From Pristiophorus japonicus (lineage: Eukaryota), in the NCBI RefSeq assembly GCF_044704955.1, contig NW_027252026.1:496001-560000 (forward strand): a stretch of DNA of 64,000 bases. Reading direction: 5' to 3'. Position numbers and translations under genes: made by a program. Of this stretch, positions 11,498 to 23,820 are shown piece after piece (the stretch's first letter is position 1; the number at the start of each line of letters is the position of its first letter). The notes beneath the pieces are model-generated. The model did no database searches, was not told where the DNA came from, and saw only the letters and a list, made by a program, of their open reading frames with translations.

Positions 11498-12934
11498 ATG
11501 AAACTGTGTCTGTATGCCACAGTCTGTATAATATGACAGTTTCGGCGCATGGGAGGGGAGACAGAGAAGAGAGCTCCATGTAAACACCTTTTTGTACATG
11601 TTTTATGTTTATGCGCAAAATGGGAACTTTTCTTGATGCTGGGTGTGCTCACATATCCCTATACATTCCAAAGGGGGTATTACTTTACGCCCCGTTCCAC
11701 TGACCCTAACTGAGACTGTCAAGTGGCTTCTGAGCCAGACTAGCATGAGCGGAGGGGGGCCATGCAAATACGAGAGAGGAAAGGCGGGTCAAAAGAGGGA
11801 TCACAGAGATCAGGAGGCGTATTATACCGTTACCACATGAACGACCACGGGGAGGTCACCAAGTGGGAGAGTGCTGGAGACCCCATTAGTCAGATGTCCC
11901 AGGGATGGTACCAACCAATCTACGACTGTGGAAAGGAACCCCCATTCTTAGCTCTGACCAATACCTCGGGGATTGGGAGGCCAACCGGAGACATATGTCG
12001 AACCCGAAATGACACCAGTAACAAGGGACATATCATAGGGTACAGCAAATGCCCACACAATCTCAACATCACCACAGGTGCACGAGTCACCATCCTCTCT
12101 CACCTTCCGAGTAAAACAGGTGGAGGTTTGTGGGCCCAGTCCTGGGACCCGGAAGCAATATATCAGAAAGCAGCTTTTAACGGCACGTATTTCGTGTGCG
12201 GTCATAAGGCATATCCTTGGTTGCCCAGGCGATGGACAGGGTCCTGTTATCTGGGATATGTGGTGCCATTTGTGCGGCAAGTACGTACCCTGGTGGAAGC
12301 ACATGCCTCCAGCCGATACAAGCGAGCCATCACCCCCGTCGACAAGTTCTTTGGGGTCATGATGTTCCCAATCAGGATAGGACGTCTCACGGATGAAGTA
12401 CAGAACCTAGAGACGATATTGGAACGGATAGCTAACAATACTGCTGAAGCTCTGGAGGGCATCATAGCTGAAATGGTAGCAATAAGGACCGTAGCATTAC
12501 AAAACCGAATGGCCCTCGATTACCTGTTAGCTGAGAAAGGGGGAACGTGTGCCCTGATAGGATCTGAATGTTGCACTTACATTCCCGATAGTTCAGAAAA
12601 CATAACCAATCTCGCTGATCACATAAGAAGGGAGGTGAAGAAGTTATCCACACCAGCAGAAGGATCTAACTGGTTTGATGGGCTATCAGATGGATCTTGG
12701 AGATCCTATCTAATGCATGGGGCAATTATTCTCATCGTAGTAATAATTACCTGTTGTTTGATTGTTGGTTGCCTTAACCTTTGTTGTAAAGTAATGATGG
12801 CAAGGTTAGTAAACCCTCTTGTGGTCAAGGGCTCCCGAGTTATGATCCAACGAACTAAAGAACTAATCGACACTAACAACAATATGATTCAGGAAATAGA
12901 GTGTGAACGGATGAATGCAATACTCCTAGAATGA
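11498..12934 (+). pseudogene. env: Gamma-type envelope; N-terminus disrupted, 390-aa C-terminal ORF open
   Basis: Signal MKLCLYATVCII; CWVC motif near 11637; furin site RYKR; ISD LQNRMALDYLLAEKGGTC; CX6CC (CALIGSECC); TM AIILIVVIITCCLIVGC. Confidence 0.93.
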
Positions 12935-12958
12935 TCCTAAGTGTTAGCATGGAATGAT

Positions 12959-12970
12959 AAAAGGGGGAAA
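12959..12970 (+). promoter_or_regulatory. Polypurine tract
   Basis: AAAAGGGGGAAA immediately before the TG of the 3' LTR. Confidence 0.85.
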
Positions 12971-13533
12971 TGTGAATGTTTAAAAATGTATAAAGTCGAG
13001 AAGTTGATAACGTGGGAATTATATATGGACAGTATAAGCTAACAAAGAATTCATGGAGGAATAGCCATGACATCTCAGACTCGAGACTGCGAAATGTTAC
13101 AACACTAACACATATTGAAACAAAACCCACAGCTTGCAGAAAAACCTCAAGGTCTTATTAAATCATGTTATTAACCTGAAACCTGAAACATTAACAGAAG
13201 GTCTTTGTTTAAAATCAGACCATACTTAGGTCGGCTTATGAGTGGACAAAGGGAAAGAGGGATCAAAAGGGATAGGCTGAACTAGGATGTCACTCTAGCC
13301 CTATCTTGTTATCTTTTGCCGAAAATGTATAACCGTCGTCCCTTTACAATGTAACGTCACTTTGTCCGTAGGAAGTGAGTGCGTTCTATCAGAGTTGCAT
13401 TCCTTCTGTCTGATAAGGTCCCCGATCGGGATTTGCTTTTTAAATAAAAGCTTGCTCTGTTTAAAGCACAATCGGTATTTGACTCAGTGATTTCACTGAA
13501 CCAGATTGAGGGAAAAGAATCCAGAAATCAACA
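12971..13533 (+). repeat. 3' LTR of ERV
   Basis: TG...CA; about 8 substitutions (counted by eye) and a 7-bp duplication relative to the 5' LTR. Confidence 0.93.
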
Positions 13534-15365
13534 CACGTATCATACTCGAGGGCACACAGGTGGACAGGCTGTGCCTGTCCTAGTCAGGGTTTTGGTTGGG
13601 AGGGGGCAGATGGGATTTCGGTACCAATGGCGGTGGCTCCTTTCCAGGGCCATCTAACATGGCTCGGAGCGCAGTTAAAAAGGTCTCAAACGAGTGGGGA
13701 GGGACTGGCTTATCTGTCCCGGTCTTTTGGGCAGGGGCTGGAGAATTCTTTCCTGCGCTATTCTGCCAAGGATTTCTTCAATCCTTTCTCCAGTGCCCAC
13801 TCTTTCCACACCCAAAGCAGGTACGTTTTGTATCGGAGGGGTTGCCCCCTTGTGGTGCCATTCCCTCTTGTCTTGGTCAGGTCAGATTTCGTGAACCTTT
13901 CCCTTTTGTGGGGGCTCTTCTGTCCCTCTGCCGTTTCTGTAAGCTAGGGTCAGCTGCCTAAGCACTCTCTATTCTGTGGCTTGGGGGTCTCTGGGGTTGA
14001 ACCAGGCCTCAGCCTTGGTTCTTATTCTGGGTAAACTGTTAGATACTAGGCTTCGGAGCCAGTGGGCTAACTTGTCCGGGTTGAGGTCCCCTCCACAGGC
14101 CACAGTCGGTCTGCGAAAGCCTGTGGGGTTTCCCCTGTGAGCTGCACCGTTTACTCTGGAGAAGGGACTCACTTCATGCAGCCCAGAGCTTCTAAAATGT
14201 CTTTCTGGATGGCAGCAAGTGTTTTCTGTCCTCTTTTGCTCTCAGTAGAGAGGGACTGGTACAGTTTGCTGTCGAGAGATAGGAGAAGCATCTTTGCCAT
14301 CTCGGCCTCATCGCACCCATTAATATCCCCTGCCTGTTCCACCTCCACAAAGTGAACTGAGGGGTCTCCCTTTGGAGTGAGCTTTCCCAGGTGGCTTATC
14401 ATAGTCCTAAGCTGGTGGGGAGTGTGGGGGACCACAAACTGACTTTCCAGGGGCCCTGGACCCCCGGCAAGGGTGGGCGGGCCAAACCTCTGTTGCCGGA
14501 CCAGGCACATTGGCCCTGGTTCTGGCTCTCCCTGTTCTGGCTCGCCTCCCTCTCCTCCCTGCTGCCAGACCGAGCTGAAACTCGGTGCCACAGGTGCTGG
14601 TGGTTCACTATCCCTGTTCACCCTGCAACTCGTTCGCCCCTCCTGCTGCTTCACCGGTGTAGTCACCGGTGCTACAGGTAGTGGCCAGGTCGTTTCTTCC
14701 TTCTCTTCCAGGTTTACCTGGGGCGTACCCGGGCTTATTAAACATACCGTGCCTTTTGCTTTGGACAGAGCAAGGGTTAAACTCTTGATTTGCTGCTGGC
14801 AGGGACGGTGGTCTCCCGATTCAAACCCATTAGTGCTAGCTACTTTATACGCTGCTTGCACATCTTTTAAATTTTCCTGGAGCTCTTTTACTTGTAGGGT
14901 GAGGCGAGTGCTTTCCTCCCTCAGTGACTTTTCATTACTTTTGGCCTCGGTAACCTGAAATTGAAAATAGTCCTGACTGTTCTTAAACCTTTCCATTAGC
15001 TGGGTCTTTTCCTGTTTTAGCTTACGGAGTTCTTCTGCAATAGCCCTTTCCTGATAGTTCTCTGCACATTCCCATAACTCTGCCTGTAGTGTCTCATTGG
15101 TTTTATCCAGGAGTTGGACCTGTCGCTGCAGACAGACGAATCAGATTGCCTTCTCTACTGATTCTTTGTGATCCTTGCTTGCTGTCCACTGGGCTGCAGC
15201 GTCGGCTGGACGCTCAGCGCACAACAGACCAAGCACCCATTCCTTAGTGACATTCACCTTCTTGTACACATAGGAGGAAATCCTCTCTTCCATCTTGGTT
15301 CTTTCCCCCAAACCAGCACTCTCCGCATCACAGCCCTTGTACCAGAGTCCTGCCGCGGTCGCCAT
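13534..15365 (-). pseudogene. gag: gag of a second LTR element (lokiretrovirus-like), coiled-coil N-terminus, truncated at the start of protease
   Basis: MATAAGLWYKG..., a long E/K/Q-rich heptad region, capsid-like MLLLSLDSKLY, zinc knuckle CFGCGKSGHWRKD*, then TGACTAG and LCALEYDT at the ERV junction. Confidence 0.8.
15345..15364 (-). promoter_or_regulatory. Primer binding site, tRNA-Arg(TCG)
   Basis: Plus strand GAGTCCTGCCGCGGTCGCCA equals the 3' end of vertebrate tRNA-Arg(TCG) plus CCA; 3 nt from the LTR end. Confidence 0.88.
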
Positions 15366-15367
15366 TT

Positions 15368-18300
15368 TGTAAGGGGTGGTCCCGGGCTTCAGGTTCACCT
15401 CTGATCGACTTGAGTGGTTCGAATGGCTCCCACTCCCTTGGGTTCTACACTCTGGGTTTATTTGGGGAATGTGACAAAATGCAAAGTACAACTGGTTTGG
15501 TGCAAAGAACTTTGACTTTATTACAGACAAGAAAGTATAAGGTCAGCCTTATAATCACTGTAATAAAGAACAATATATTACACATTCAGAAACATAGAAA
15601 CATAGAAAATAGGTGCAGGAGCAGGCCATTCAGCCCTTCTAGCCTGCACCGCCATTCAATGAGTTCATGGCTGAACATGAAACTTCAGTACCCCCTTCCT
15701 GCTTTCTCGCCATACCCCTTGATCCCCCAAGTAGTAAGGACTTCATCTAACTCCCTTTTGAATATATTTAGTGAATTGGCCTCAACTACTTTCTGTGGTC
15801 GAGAATTCCACAGGTTCACCACTCTCTGGGTGAAGAAGTTTCTCCTCATCTCGGTCCTAAATGGCTTACCCCTTATCCTCAGACTGTGACCCCTGGTTCT
15901 GGACTTCCCCAACATTGGGAACATTCTTCCTGCATCTAACCTGTCTAAACCCGTCAGAATTTTAAACGTTTCTATGAGGTCCCCTCTCATTCTTCTGAAC
16001 TCCAGTGAATACAAGCCCAGTTGATCCAGTCTTTCTTGATAGGTCAGTCCCACCATCCCGGGAATCAGTCTGGTGAATCTTCGCTGCACTCCCTCAATAG
16101 CAAGAATGTCCTTCCTCAAGTTAGGAGACCAAAACTGTACACAATACTCCAGGTGTGGCCTCACCAAGGCCCTGTACAACTGTAGCAACACCTCCCTGCC
16201 CCTGTACTCAAATCCCCTCGCTATGAAGGCCAACATGCCATTTGCTTTCTTAACCGCCTGCTGTACCTGCATGCTAACCTTCAATGACTGATGTACCATG
16301 ACACCCAGGTCTCGTTGCACCTTCCCTTTTCCTAATCTGTCACCATTCAGATAATAGTCTGTCTCTCTGTTTTTACCACCAAAGTGGATAACCTCACATT
16401 TATCCACATTATACTTCATCTGCCATGCATTTGCCCACTCACCTAACCTATCCAAGTCACTCTGCAGCCTCATAGCATCCTCCTCGCAGCTCACACTGCC
16501 ACCCAACTTAGTGTCATCCGCAAATTTGGAGATACTACATTTAATCCCCTCGTCTAAATCATTAATGTACAATGTAAACAGCTGGGGCCCCAGCACAGAA
16601 TCTTGCGGTACCCCACTAGTCACTGCCTGCCATTCTGAAAAATACCCATTTACTCCGACTCTTTGCTTCCTGTCTGACAACCAGTTCTCAATCCATGTCA
16701 GCACACTACCCCCAATCCCATGTGCTTTAACTTTGCACATTAATCTCTTGTGTGGGACCTTGTCGAAAGCCTTCTGAAAATCCAAATATACCACATCAAC
16801 TGGTTCTCCTTTGTCCACTTTACTGGAAACATCCTCAAAAAATTCCAGAAGATTTGTCAAGCATGATTTCCCTTTCACAAATCCATGCTGACTTGGACCT
16901 ATCATGTCACCATTTTCCAAATGCGCTGCTATGACATCCTTAATAATTGATTCCATCATCTTACCCACTACTGAGGTCAGGCTGACCGGTCTATAATTCC
17001 GTTTTCTCTCTCCCTCCTTTTTTAAAAGGTGGGGTTACATTGGCTACCCTCCACTCGATAGGAACTGATCCAGAGTCAATGGAATGTTGGAAAATGACTG
17101 TCAATGCATCCGTTATTTCCAAGGCCACCTCCTTAAGTACTCTGGGATGCAGTCCATCAGGCCCTGGGGATTTATCGGCCTTCAATCCCATCAATTTCCC
17201 CAACACAATTTCCCGACTAATAAAGATTTCCCTCAGGTCCTCCTCCTTACTAGACCCTCTGATCCCTTTTATATCCGGAAGGTTGTTTGTGTCCTCCTTA
17301 GTGAATACCGAACCAAAGTACTTGTTCAATTGGTCTGCCATTTCTTTGTTCCCCGTTCCGACTTCCCCTGATTCTGACTGCAGGGGACCTACGTTTGTCT
17401 TTACTAACCTTTTCTCTTTACATACCGATAGAAACTTTTGCAATCCGCCTTAATGTTCCCTGCAAGTTTCTTCTCGTACTCAATTTTCCCTGCCCTAATC
17501 AAACCCTTTGTCCTCCTCTGCTGAGTTCTAAATTTCTCCCAGTCCCCGGGTTCACTGCTATTTCTGGCCAATTTGTATGCCACTTCCTTGGCTTTAATAC
17601 TATCCCTGATTTCCCTAGATAGCCACGGTTGAGCCACCTTCCCTTTTTTATTTTTACGCCAGACAGGAATGTACAATTGTTGTAGTTCATCCATGCGGTC
17701 TCTAAATGTCTGCCATTGCCCATCCACAGTCAACCCCTTAAGTATCATTCGCCAATCTATCCTAGCCAATTCACGCCTCATACCTTCAAAGTTACCCTTC
17801 TTTAAGTTCTGGACCATGGTCTCTGAATTAACTGTTTCATTCTCCATCCTAATGCAGAATTCCACCATATTATGGTCACTCTTCCCCAAGGGGCCTCGCA
17901 CAATGAGATTGCTAATTAATCCTCTCTCATTACACAACACCCAGTCTAAGATGGCCTCTCCCCTAGTTGGTTCCTCGACATATTGGTCTAGAAAACCATC
18001 CCTTATGCACTCCAGGAAATCCTCCTCCACCGTATTGCTTCCAGTTTGGCTCGCCCAATCTATGTGCATATTAAAGTCAACTATTATAACTGCTACACCT
18101 TTATTGCACGCACCCCTAATTTCCTGTTTGATGCCCTCCCCAACATCACTACTACTGTTTGGAGGTCTGTACACAGCTCCCACTAACGTTTTTTGCCCTT
18201 TGGTGTTCTGCAGCTCTACCCATATAGATTCCACATCATCCAAGCTAATGTCTTTCCTAACTATTGCATTAATCTCCTCTTTAACCAGCAATGCTACCCC

Positions 18301-20342
18301 ACCTCCTTTTCCTTTTATTCTATCCTTCCTGAATGTTGAATACCCCTGGATGTTGAGTTCCCAGCCCTGATCATCCTGGAGCCACGTCTCCGTAATCCCA
18401 ATCACATCATATTTGTGAACGTCTATTTGCACAGTTAATTCATCCAACTTATTGCGGATACTCCTTGCATTAAGACACAAAGCCTTCAGGCTTGTTTTTT
18501 TAACACCCTTTGTCCTTTTAGAATTTTGCTGTACAGTGGCCCTTTTTGTTCTTTGCCTTGGGTTTCTCTGCCCTCCACTTTTCCTCATCTCCTTTCTGTC
18601 TTTTGCTTTTGCCTCCTTTTTGTCTCCCTCTGTCTCCCTGCATTGGTTCCCATCCCCCTGCCATATTAGTTTAACTCCTCTCCAACAGCACTAGCAAACA
18701 CTCCCCCTAGGACATTGGTTCCGGTCCTGCCCAGGTGCAGACCATCCGGTTTGTACTGGTCCCACCTCCCCCAGAACCGGTTCTAATGCCCCAGGAATTT
18801 GAATCCCTCCCTGCTGCACCACTGCTCAAGCCACGTATTCATCGGCGCTATCCTGCGATTCCTACTCTGACTAGCACGTGGCACTGGTAGCAATCCCGAG
18901 ATTACTACTTTTGAGGTCCTACTTTTTAATTTAGCTCCTAGCTCCTTAAATTCGTTTCGTAGGACCTCATCCCTTTTTTTACCTATGTCGTTGGTACCAA
19001 TGTGCACCACGACAACTGGCTGTTCTCCCTCCCATTTCAGAATGTCCATTCAAAGATGGTTACAGTAAAAATTACACCTCCCACCTCCTAGTACCTAAGC
19101 CTAGCTAGGTTAGACTCCAGGGCAGGCAGGGACTATGCTTACCAATCCTTTCTGGTCAGTTAGCGGTAGTTCACGATTTTGGTGTTCGTTGAGTTCTGTA
19201 GGTTCTGCTTGTCATACCCCGAACATCGGAGAGGACTTCTTACTGCACAATCTTCAGTTGGGCTGAGTCCGCTGATGTGGAAAGGCACGTTTTGGATTTG
19301 TGGGGTAAGTACCCATTTTCTATCATTAGAAGTAGGTTTTTACAGTACTTTAGGTAATGTTTTATCCATTGGTAGCTCAGGAACAGCTTGTAGAGTGGAA
19401 ACTTTCGATTCTTCGGTTTCTTTCCGTTGGAGTTTTGTTTCGAGTTTGGTCGATCTCGGTGGCTTTTATTGGTACCACGTTGGCTGTGGTCAGTTGCTGC
19501 CACGATGGTGATCTTCTTCCTTCCCTTTTGGACTTCAGGACTTCGAGGCTGGAGAAGTTAGTTTTCAACTGTTGCGTTGCTCTCTCTCCCTTCTTGATGG
19601 CACAGTCGTAGTATGGTATACACGCATAGCATACTCAGTGTCTCCTGAGGTAGTAGCAACCTAGCCTCTGTTAAAACAGGGGCCAGTTATATGGTTTGAG
19701 CTGTCCTAATCTTCATGCCAAATAAGTTCAGATTTCTTTGTTTGAATTTGGCAGGCTTGACATTACTTTGTAATATTTTGGCGGGCTCGTTAAAAGTTTG
19801 CATGTCTTGGGTGGGTTGCTGTTCGAAATCTGTTTCCTGATGGAAAATATTGGCTTGGTAATCGAAATGTCCTTTTGTGCTTGGTTTTTGCATACAGGCT
19901 GTAGTGGGCCCTTTTGTTTTTATGCGTGCCGAAGATGGCTTTTCTCAATTCGGTTGGATTGCTGGCCATCTCTGAGTTAGTGTTGTAATATTAATCTCTC
20001 TTCTGGAGAAGGGTTTTCGAATATCTATTTCTCCAGACACTTTACGTTAGCCCCAACACCCAGACAGTTCCAATAATCAAGTTGGTTCCTTCAGTTCTTT
20101 GAGGCCTGCCCACAGACTTGAATTTGTCTTGTAAAAGTCCAAAATTCGATTAAAGTTCGTGGTTTCTTCCATAAGCACTTTAGGATTTCAACTTTCCGGT
20201 AGATAGTCCCAAATTAAATTTCCTTTCCAATGAGCCCAAACACTGGCCGGTGGGGGGGAAGGGGGGGGGAGTTGGGGGGAGGGGGGGTCGGGGGAGGGGG
20301 GGTGGTGGGGCGGGGCGGTTTCCAGTGAATTTTGACCTTTCA
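15368..20342 (-). repeat. Long 5' LTR (~1.5 kb) of the second element, split by a LINE
   Basis: Termini TGAAAGG (20342) and CCTTACA (15368); AATAAA near 15517-15522; pieces 15368-15588 and 19047-20342 flank the LINE. Confidence 0.7.
15589..19046 (-). mobile_element. CR1/HER1-type LINE, near full length (ORF1 3' end and ORF2 EN-RT, frameshifted)
   Basis: SGNH-like ORF1 VVVHIGTND; endonuclease CLNARS/ITETW/SDH; 427-aa RT fragment; (catagaaa)n tail; candidate TSD CATTCA at 15583-15588 and 19047-19052. Confidence 0.96.
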
Positions 20343-20520
20343 CCCCACTGGTCACTGCCTGCCATTCTAAAAAGCACCCGTTTATCCCGACTCTCTGCTT
20401 CCTGTCTGCCAACCAGTTCTCTATCCACGTCAATACATTACCCCCAATACCACGTGCTTTAATTTTGTACACCAATCTCTTGTGTGGGACCTTGTCAAAA
20501 GCCTTTTGCAAGTCCAAATA
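20343..20520 (-). mobile_element. CR1-type LINE RT fragment (insertion target of the long LTR)
   Basis: LDLQKAFDKVPHKRL...WQAVTSG ending at the LTR TG. Confidence 0.85.
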
Positions 20521-20920
20521 TTTTCTCTGAACGTAGATGTTATAACCATGCATCCATTGTGGATACAAACCGTATTAGCATGTAACATTAGAATTTGTTG
20601 TCTTTCCGTAATAGTACCTAGTCAATTAGTTTATGCCATGCAGAGGAAGATATCCACGAATCAGGCGGACCAGAGGCACACCGGAGGAGGCCCTGCTGAT
20701 ATACAGACCCTGACTGACTTGGCAGAATGTGCTGCAGCACTAGTGGGCAGTCACAGTCGCTCTGCCACCCGCGGTGGTGCAGGTCCCGTTGTTGTACAGC
20801 GTGACTAATGTGTAAAGCAGTGGTAAACCAGAGTCATTTAAAGTCATTTAATGGCATTTCATTATAATATAATAATAATGCCATGTTGTGCATGCAGCTT
20901 CTGTAGTACTCTCAGTTAAA

Positions 20921-21135
20921 GAACATAAGAACATAAGAAATAGGAGCAGGAGTGGGCCATACGGCCCCTCGAGCCTGCTCTGCCATTCAATACGATCATG
21001 GCTGATCTGATCATGGACTCAGCTCCACTTCCCTTCTCGCTCCCCATAAACCTTTACTCCCTTATCGCTCAAAAGTCTGTCTATCTCTGCCTTAAATATA
21101 TTCAATGACCCAGCCTCCACAGCTCTCTGGGGCAT
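20921..21135 (-). mobile_element. CR1-type LINE 3' tail fragment
   Basis: (gaacataa)n tail and conserved 3' UTR. Confidence 0.85.
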
Positions 21136-21699
21136 AGATGTACAACCATAATGATGTAATCATATGTAACGTCTCTCGTTCACATTTATTGCAGTAATGT
21201 TGCTCCTCGTACATATGCCAGTACAGCGCAAGCATTCTCCTGTCTACCCTTCTGTTCCAATAACCTCAATGATGATTTGCAGGTCCCGAGACTCCCGAGG
21301 TGCGAAGGGAGGCCCCTCCATGGACGCCTGTGCCATTGCAGGTGGTCATCACCACGGGTCCAGAGGAGACTACTGAGGAGGAGGAAGATGACCAATTGTC
21401 ATCTGTTGTACCTGCGGCCACGTCTTCATGGGTGGATGAAGTAGCGGGGCCAAGCGGCTTGCAGCAGGCCACTCCAAGGTGTACAGTGCCCACGCTGACC
21501 CCACGGAGGTTGATTCGGCGAGATAGGCATGCACTCAACAGGCAGATCCTACTGAGGACCTGGTGACACTGTCCAGGGACAGTGTCCATATCGGTCGACA
21601 GCTGCTCCAGGCGATTGGTGGGTTGACCGGAAACACTGCCGCAATGTCCACATGAATATCGGAGGGCATGGAGCGGATAGTTTTGGTGGTCCCATCTGC

Positions 21700-23646
21700 A
21701 ATTGTTGTCCTCTCCTGATAGCTAGGTTCTACAACATGCAGCACACCACAATAAGCTCCGCGACCTGCTCAGGGTGGTATTGTAGGTTACCTCCTGAGTG
21801 GTCCAGGCATCTGAAGCGCTGTTTAAGCACTCCAATTGTCTTTCTAACGACATTGCATGTCGCTATATGGCTTTCATTGTAGCACTTCTCGGCTTCCATC
21901 TGGGGCTTACGCAGGGGGGTCATGAGCCAGCTGGCAAGGTCATATCCTTTATCCCCCAGCATCCAACCGTGACCTTGTGGCTGACTCTTAAACAGGTCAG
22001 AGACAGTGCTCCCATGCAAGATGTGTGCATCATGGATGCTGCCTGGATAATTACATTTATTGCCAGGATTATTTGCTTGTGGTTGACAACGAGCTGCACG
22101 TTCAGGGAGTGGAATCCTTTTCGCTTCCAAAGTACCTCTACATCCTGAAAAGGTGCTCACAGGGCGATGTGCGTACAGTCTATTGCTCCCTGCACCTTGA
22201 GGAAGTTTGCTATTTGCGAGAAACCCAAAGCCCTCTCAATCTGTGCCTTCCTGGCCATAGGGAAGTTTATAAAGTCCATCCTGAGTGCGTAAAGGGCTTC
22301 AGTCACCTGTCGAATGGAGCAGTGTGTGTCGGGCGTGCTGATAGCTTCCGCAAATGTCGCCAGCTGAGGTTTGAAAGGAGCCCGATGCGTAGAAGGAAAG
22401 TGCCGCAGTAACCTTAACCTCAACAGGCAGTGCAGTCCTGATGGTGCTGGTAGACTGCAGATCTCCCTTGATGAGCTGGCATAAGTTGGGTGGCAGTGTG
22501 AGCTGCGAGGAGGATGCTGTGAGGCTGCAGAGTGACTTGGATAGGTTAGGTGAGTGGGCAAATGCATGGCAGATGAAGTATAATGTGGATAAATGTGAGG
22601 TTATCCACTTTGGTGGTAAAAACAGAGAGACAGACTATTATCTGAATGGTGACAGATTAGGAAAAGGGAAGGTGCAAAGAGACCTGGGTGTCATGGTACA
22701 TCAGTCATTGAAGGTTGGCATGCAGGTGCAGCAGGCGGTTAAGAAAGCAAATGGCATGTTGGCCTTCATAGCAAGGGGATTTGAGTACAGGGGCAGGGAG
22801 GTGTTGCTACAGTTGTACAGGGCATTGGTGAGGCCACACCTGGAGTATTGTGTACAGTTTTGGTCTCCTAACCTGAGGAAGGACATTCTTGCTATTGAGG
22901 GAGTGCTACGGAGGTTCACCAGACTGATTCCCGGGATGGCGGGACTGACCTATCAAGAAAGACTGGATCAACTGGGCTTGTATTCACTGGAGTTCAGAAG
23001 AATGAGAGGGGACCTCATAGAAACATTTAAAATTCTGACGGGGTTAGACAGGTTAGATGCAGGAAGAATGTTCCCAATGTTGGGGAAGTCCAGAACCAGA
23101 GGTCACAGTCTAAGGATAAGGGGTAAGCCATTTAGGACCGAGATGCGGAGGAACTTCTTCACCCAGAGAGTGGTGAACCTGTGGAATTCTCGACCACAGA
23201 AAGTAGTTGAGGCCAATTCACTAAATATATTCAAAAAGGAGTTAGATGAAGTCCTTACTACTCGGGGGATCAAGGGGTATGGCGAGAAAGCAGGAAGTGG
23301 GTACTGAAGTTGAATGTTCAGCCATAAACTCATTGAATGGCGGTGCAGGCTAGAAGGGCCGAATGGCCTACTCCTGCACCTATTTTCTATGTTTCTATGT
23401 TTCTATATGTTTCTATCTCACTGATGTCCTCCTTTCGGAAGCGCAGCCTCCTAACGCACATGTTATCGGACACGTTCAGCTATGATCACTTTTCCCTGTA
23501 AATGCGTTGGATGTAAGGTCTCCTCCTCTGCACCAGTCTGCCAACTCTTTGATTGGACACATAATGCTCTTCAATATACCTTCTCCCATCGTCAGTCTGC
23601 AGCATGTGATTAGTGACCAATACTGGCTGAGAAATTACAGGCCCAT
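21700..23646 (-). pseudogene. HARBI1-like DDE transposase, interrupted by a LINE
   Basis: VQGAIDCTHIAL, YPGSIHDAHIL, WMLGDKGY, YNESH...TIGVLKQRFRCLD, VVCCMLH; candidate ATG at 23646. Confidence 0.9.
22481..23416 (+). mobile_element. CR1/HER1-type LINE, 5'-truncated
   Basis: RT C-terminal ORF nearly identical to 15685-16500; (tttctatg)n tail. Confidence 0.95.
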
Positions 23647-23820
23647 CACTATCAATCACTAGAAATGCCCTTCATTTGTCCTCAACAGATACAAATGTGA
23701 TTAGATGATTGGCAAGGGTCAAAAAGGCCCTTAAAATCACTCAGAGATTGATTCTCCTCACAAACACTTGAAGCAGCCTTTCAGTACAGATCCTCCGACT
23801 GTCGAAAAGGCGTCGGTAGT

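Larger units (their letters stand above)
4969..13533 (+). mobile_element. Class I (gamma/epsilon-like) endogenous retrovirus with two LTRs, internally deleted
   Basis: LTR-PBS-gag-pro-pol-env-PPT-LTR order; gamma-type env with ISD and CX6CC. Confidence 0.95.
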
